From NCBI RefSeq assembly GCF_000829235.1, contig NZ_AP012549.1, positions 540,001 to 572,000 on the forward strand: a DNA stretch of 32,000 nt, read 5' to 3'. Under the pieces are notes generated by a model that saw nothing but the letters and a program-made list of their open reading frames with translations, ran no database searches and was not told the origin of the DNA. Position 1 is the stretch's first letter. Each line of letters starts with the position of its first letter. Source of the stretch: a cyanobacterium endosymbiont of Epithemia turgida isolate EtSB Lake Yunoko. Lineage in GTDB: Bacteria > Cyanobacteriota > Cyanobacteriia > Cyanobacteriales > Microcystaceae. The position numbers and the translations under genes were made by a program. Positions 28,988 to 32,000 of the stretch are shown in pieces.

Positions 28988-29331
28988 CAGCAAACATCGC
29001 TAAAGTTAAATTTTATAAATTTTTTCTTCTATACTATCGATACTATTTATGTAAATTATGATTTTTTGAGTCTTTACTTTTATAAAAATTATTTTTTAGT
29101 ATTTAAATCAGGTTCCCATATTATGTAAATAAAAATTATTTATATAAGTTATATTTACTGATATTTACCAATCTATTATTGTATGTTTATTCAATAATTT
29201 AAAGCTCGACTTTTTAGCTCGGAAAATATAGTAAAATATAGAAATTTTAAATAATCATCATTCAATAGTTTGTTTTTGTTATTATAATAACTAGCCCTAT
29301 TTTTTACTTTTATCTCTAAAATTAAAAACCT

Positions 29332-29359
29332 AGTAGTAACATAATGTAATGTTACTACT
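29332..29359. repeat. 11-bp perfect stem with a 6-nt loop
   Basis: agtagtaacat (29332-29342), aatgta, atgttactact (29349-29359). It has 3 G-C pairs and is followed by tattttgatattt. Confidence 0.85.
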
Positions 29360-29699
29360 TATTTTGATATTTAATCTTTAAGCTAAAAAATATTTAATAA
29401 TTATTGTTGAATAGCTGTTTATTTGACATACCTATAATTTTATATACTGGATCAATATTCATGACAAATATTAAAAATACTAATTCAATTAGATTGATTA
29501 TAATTAATTTTATCTTCATTGTTTATAAATTTAAATAGATATAGCAACGAATTAATTTACTTTTAAAACCTTGTCTTAATTACTATTATTGTTACTAACA
29601 AGTAATTTAAATTAACTTATGCAAAATGGCAGGTATAAAAGCTATCAATATATATTTTTTTACTATTAAAATTTATACTATTTTATTTTTCTTATTAAT

Positions 29700-29724
29700 A
29701 AGGCAGACAATAATTGCCCGCCTT
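29700..29724 (-). terminator. Candidate leuS terminator hairpin (weak)
   Basis: On the minus strand, AAGGCGGGCA-AUUAU-UGUCUGCCUU forms 10 pairs including 2 G.U, starting 7 nt after the leuS stop. The minus-strand tail is not U-rich. On the plus strand the same element ends in CCTTTT. Confidence 0.3.
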
Positions 29725-29730
29725 TTAATG

Positions 29731-32000
29731 TTAATTGACAACCACAAAATTAACCAATTTGTGGGGAACAACAATAATTTTTTTTATTTTTTTTCCGTCT
29801 AAATAGTGTTGTGCAATTTTTGAATGATAAGCCAAATTTTTTAACTCATCTTTGGTTGCAGTTGCTGGTACTTGAATAGTTCCCCTTGTTTTACCCATGA
29901 CTTGAATAACGAGGGTAATTTCATCTACAATTAAAGCATCAGAATCAAGTTTTGGCCAACTTGCTAAATGAATAGAGTTTTCATGACCTAAATTATGCCA
30001 TAATTCCTCAGCAATATGGGGAGCAAACGGTGCAAGTAAAAGCAATAAGGTTTCTATTCCTTCTTGATATACTTCAGAATCTAAACATTTGCTTTCATTA
30101 AGTGAATTACTTAACTTCATTAGTTCTGACACAGCAGTATTAAATTGATAGTCTCCTTTTAAGTCTTCGGATATTTCTTTAATTGCCGTATGGATTGTCC
30201 GTCGTAAGTCCTTTTCAACTTTATTTAGTTTATTAGTTTTTTTGAGTGCTTTAGATCGATTATTTACATAGTTAGCAACTAACCGCCAAACTCGATTTAA
30301 AAACCGAAATTGTCCTTCAACATCTGCATCATTCCATTCTAAATCTTTTTCTGGGGGCGCTTTAAATAGAATAAACATTCGCGCTGTATCTATTCCATAT
30401 TTTTCGATCACTTTTTCTGGATTAACCCCATTATATTTAGACTTTGACATTTTTTCATAAAATACTTCTAATTTATCTCCTGTACTAGGGTCTTTAGGAT
30501 ATTCAGGGTTTACTTGATCTGAGGGAATATATTTACCTGTTTTAGGATTTTTATAAGTTATTGCTTGTACCATTCCTTGAGTTAAAAGACGGTTAAAAGG
30601 TTCATCTACATTAATTAACCCTCTATCTCGCAAAACTTTAGTAAAGAAACGAGAATATAAGAGATGTAAAATAGCATGTTCAATACCTCCTACATATTGA
30701 TCAATAGCCATCCAATCATTAGCTTTCTTTAGGTTAAAAACTTCCTCTTTATTGTTTACATCGGTGTAGCGCAAATAGTACCAAGAAGAGTCAATAAAAG
30801 TGTCCATGGTATCGGTTTCCCGCTTTGCCGCTTCTCCACAATTGGGACAAGCAACATTGATCCAACTTTCTAAATTGGCCAGAGTAGATGTACCTCGTCC
30901 TGTAAATTTGATATTTTCTGGCAATTTTACTGGTAGATCTTCATCAGGAACCGCAACTACACCGCAACTGGGACAATGAATAACAGGAATAGGACATCCC
31001 CAATAACGCTGACGAGAAATCAACCAATCCCGCAAACGATACTGTACTTGGGCTTTGCCATAGCCTTCTTCTTCTGCATATTTAATAATTGCTGTTTTAG
31101 CTTCTATAGACTTCATTTTATTGAATTTACCCGAATTAACTACAATTCCAGGTTCTGTATATGCTTCTATTAAGATAGGGTTAGTATCCTTTGAGTTTTC
31201 GGGAATAATAACAACTTTAATAGGTAACTTCTTCTGGGTTGCAAACTCAAAGTCACGGATGTCATGTGCAGGAACTCCAATTACCGCACCTGTACCATAT
31301 TCATAGAGTACATAATCTGCAATTAAAATGGGTATTTCCTGACTATTAAAAGGGTTTATAGCAATTCCTCCGGTTAAAACCCCACGTTTTAGTTTGTACT
31401 TTGTAGTTCGTTCTATTTCACTTTCGTTAGCGACTATCTTCGTGAATAAGTCTACTGCTATTTTCTGTTCTTTTGTGGTAACTTTAGGAGTTAAAGGATG
31501 TTCTGGGGCTAAAACCAAGTAGGTTACACCATAGACAGTATCAGGACGAGTTGTAAAGACAGCTATCTTCTCTTGACTTCCTTTAACAGGAAATTCTAAA
31601 TATGCCCCCACAGACTTGCCAATCCAGTTTTCTTGCATCAATTTAACGCGCTCAGGCCATCCAGAGAGTTTGTCGAGATCGTTTAATAATTGTTCCGCAT
31701 AATTAGTAATTTTAAAGAACCACTGACGCAATTGTCTTCGTTCTACTTTAGCACCTGACCGCCAGGAACAACCTTCAATATCTACCTGTTCATTCGCTAA
31801 CACGGTTTGATCGATGGGGTCCCAATTAACCGTCGCCTCCTTCTGATAAGCTAACCCCACTTGATAAAATTGCAAAAACAGCCATTGTGTCCATTTATAA
31901 TACTCAGAAGAACAAGTGACTAGCTCCATATTCCAGTCGATAGATAGTCCCAAAGTTTGCAATTGTTGCTTCATTTGGGCAATGTTTTTGTATGTCCATT
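29731..32000 (-). CDS. leuS: Leucine--tRNA ligase; N-terminal end runs off the window end
   Basis: The track ORF begins at an internal Met (31974), but the frame stays open to base 32000 (..[22 protein letters not shown]..). It has the class I KMSKS motif ([12 protein letters not shown]) and the LeuRS-typical zinc-binding Cys pairs (CPSCG.., CPNCG..). The HIGH region lies off-window. Confidence 0.93.
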   Translation of the reverse strand, partial: WTYKNIAQMKQQLQTLGLSIDWNMELVTCSSEYYKWTQWLFLQFYQVGLAYQKEATVNWDPIDQTVLANEQVDIEGCSWRSGAKVERRQLRQWFFKITNYAEQLLNDLDKLSGWPERVKLMQENWIGKSVGAYLEFPVKGSQEKIAVFTTRPDTVYGVTYLVLAPEHPLTPKVTTKEQKIAVDLFTKIVANESEIERTTKYKLKRGVLTGGIAINPFNSQEIPILIADYVLYEYGTGAVIGVPAHDIRDFEFATQKKLPIKVVIIPENSKDTNPILIEAYTEPGIVVNSGKFNKMKSIEAKTAIIKYAEEEGYGKAQVQYRLRDWLISRQRYWGCPIPVIHCPSCGVVAVPDEDLPVKLPENIKFTGRGTSTLANLESWINVACPNCGEAAKRETDTMDTFIDSSWYYLRYTDVNNKEEVFNLKKANDWMAIDQYVGGIEHAILHLLYSRFFTKVLRDRGLINVDEPFNRLLTQGMVQAITYKNPKTGKYIPSDQVNPEYPKDPSTGDKLEVFYEKMSKSKYNGVNPEKVIEKYGIDTARMFILFKAPPEKDLEWNDADVEGQFRFLNRVWRLVANYVNNRSKALKKTNKLNKVEKDLRRTIHTAIKEISEDLKGDYQFNTAVSELMKLSNSLNESKCLDSEVYQEGIETLLLLLAPFAPHIAEELWHNLGHENSIHLASWPKLDSDALIVDEITLVIQVMGKTRGTIQVPATATKDELKNLAYHSKIAQHYLDGKKIKKIIVVPHKLVNFVVVN

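Noticed and set aside
30976-31306. Two plus-strand ORFs (30976-31173, 31121-31306)
   Set aside because: They are antisense within leuS. Shadow ORFs.
1-32000. Search for CRISPR arrays, transposases/IS ends, integrases, phage or defence genes
   Set aside because: There are no regularly spaced 25-40 bp direct repeats. No ORF has transposase, integrase or nuclease motifs. The palindromes lack shared termini or recognisable target-site duplications. Nothing supports a mobile or defence island.

Overview
This is a cyanobacterial chromosome segment whose architecture suggests a genome undergoing reductive evolution. Intact, mostly housekeeping genes sit as islands of ordinary composition. They are plsC (partial), an EcfT/CbiQ-like permease, murE, a DesA-type desaturase, a Crp-family regulator tightly followed by an M61/PDZ aminopeptidase, ilvE, a soluble histidine kinase, a ferritin/Bfr-like protein, pmbA/tldE, ald, an AI-2E/PerM permease, tRNA-Ala(CGC), leuS (partial) and three small or hypothetical ORFs. 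Between them lie 0.5-2.5 kb spacers with no ORF of 60 aa or more in any frame and very high A+T. A hand count gives about 18% G+C on one spacer line, against 33-55% on two coding lines. By my coordinate sums, about 15.4 kb (about 48%) of the window is not covered by an intact gene. One clear pseudogene is visible, a ParA-type ATPase with stops and frameshifts through its Walker A box. I see no rRNA, CRISPR array, transposase, phage, defence or secondary-metabolite cluster, and I cannot support a discrete novel multi-gene system. The unusual signals are as follows. (i) The half-empty mosaic architecture. (ii) A set of long, perfect, mutually unrelated palindromes or hairpins confined to the spacers, with arms up to 27 bp, whose rare G/C positions are all compensated. 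(iii) A histidine kinase with an intact H-box but degenerate ATP-binding boxes. (iv) A helically phased 9-mer repeat. (v) Orphan terminator or attenuator-like structures. The taxonomic guess is a unicellular Chroococcales-type cyanobacterium living as an endosymbiont, similar to a diatom spheroid body and less compact than UCYN-A. That guess is inference from protein motifs, two HIP1 octamers and the architecture, not a database result.
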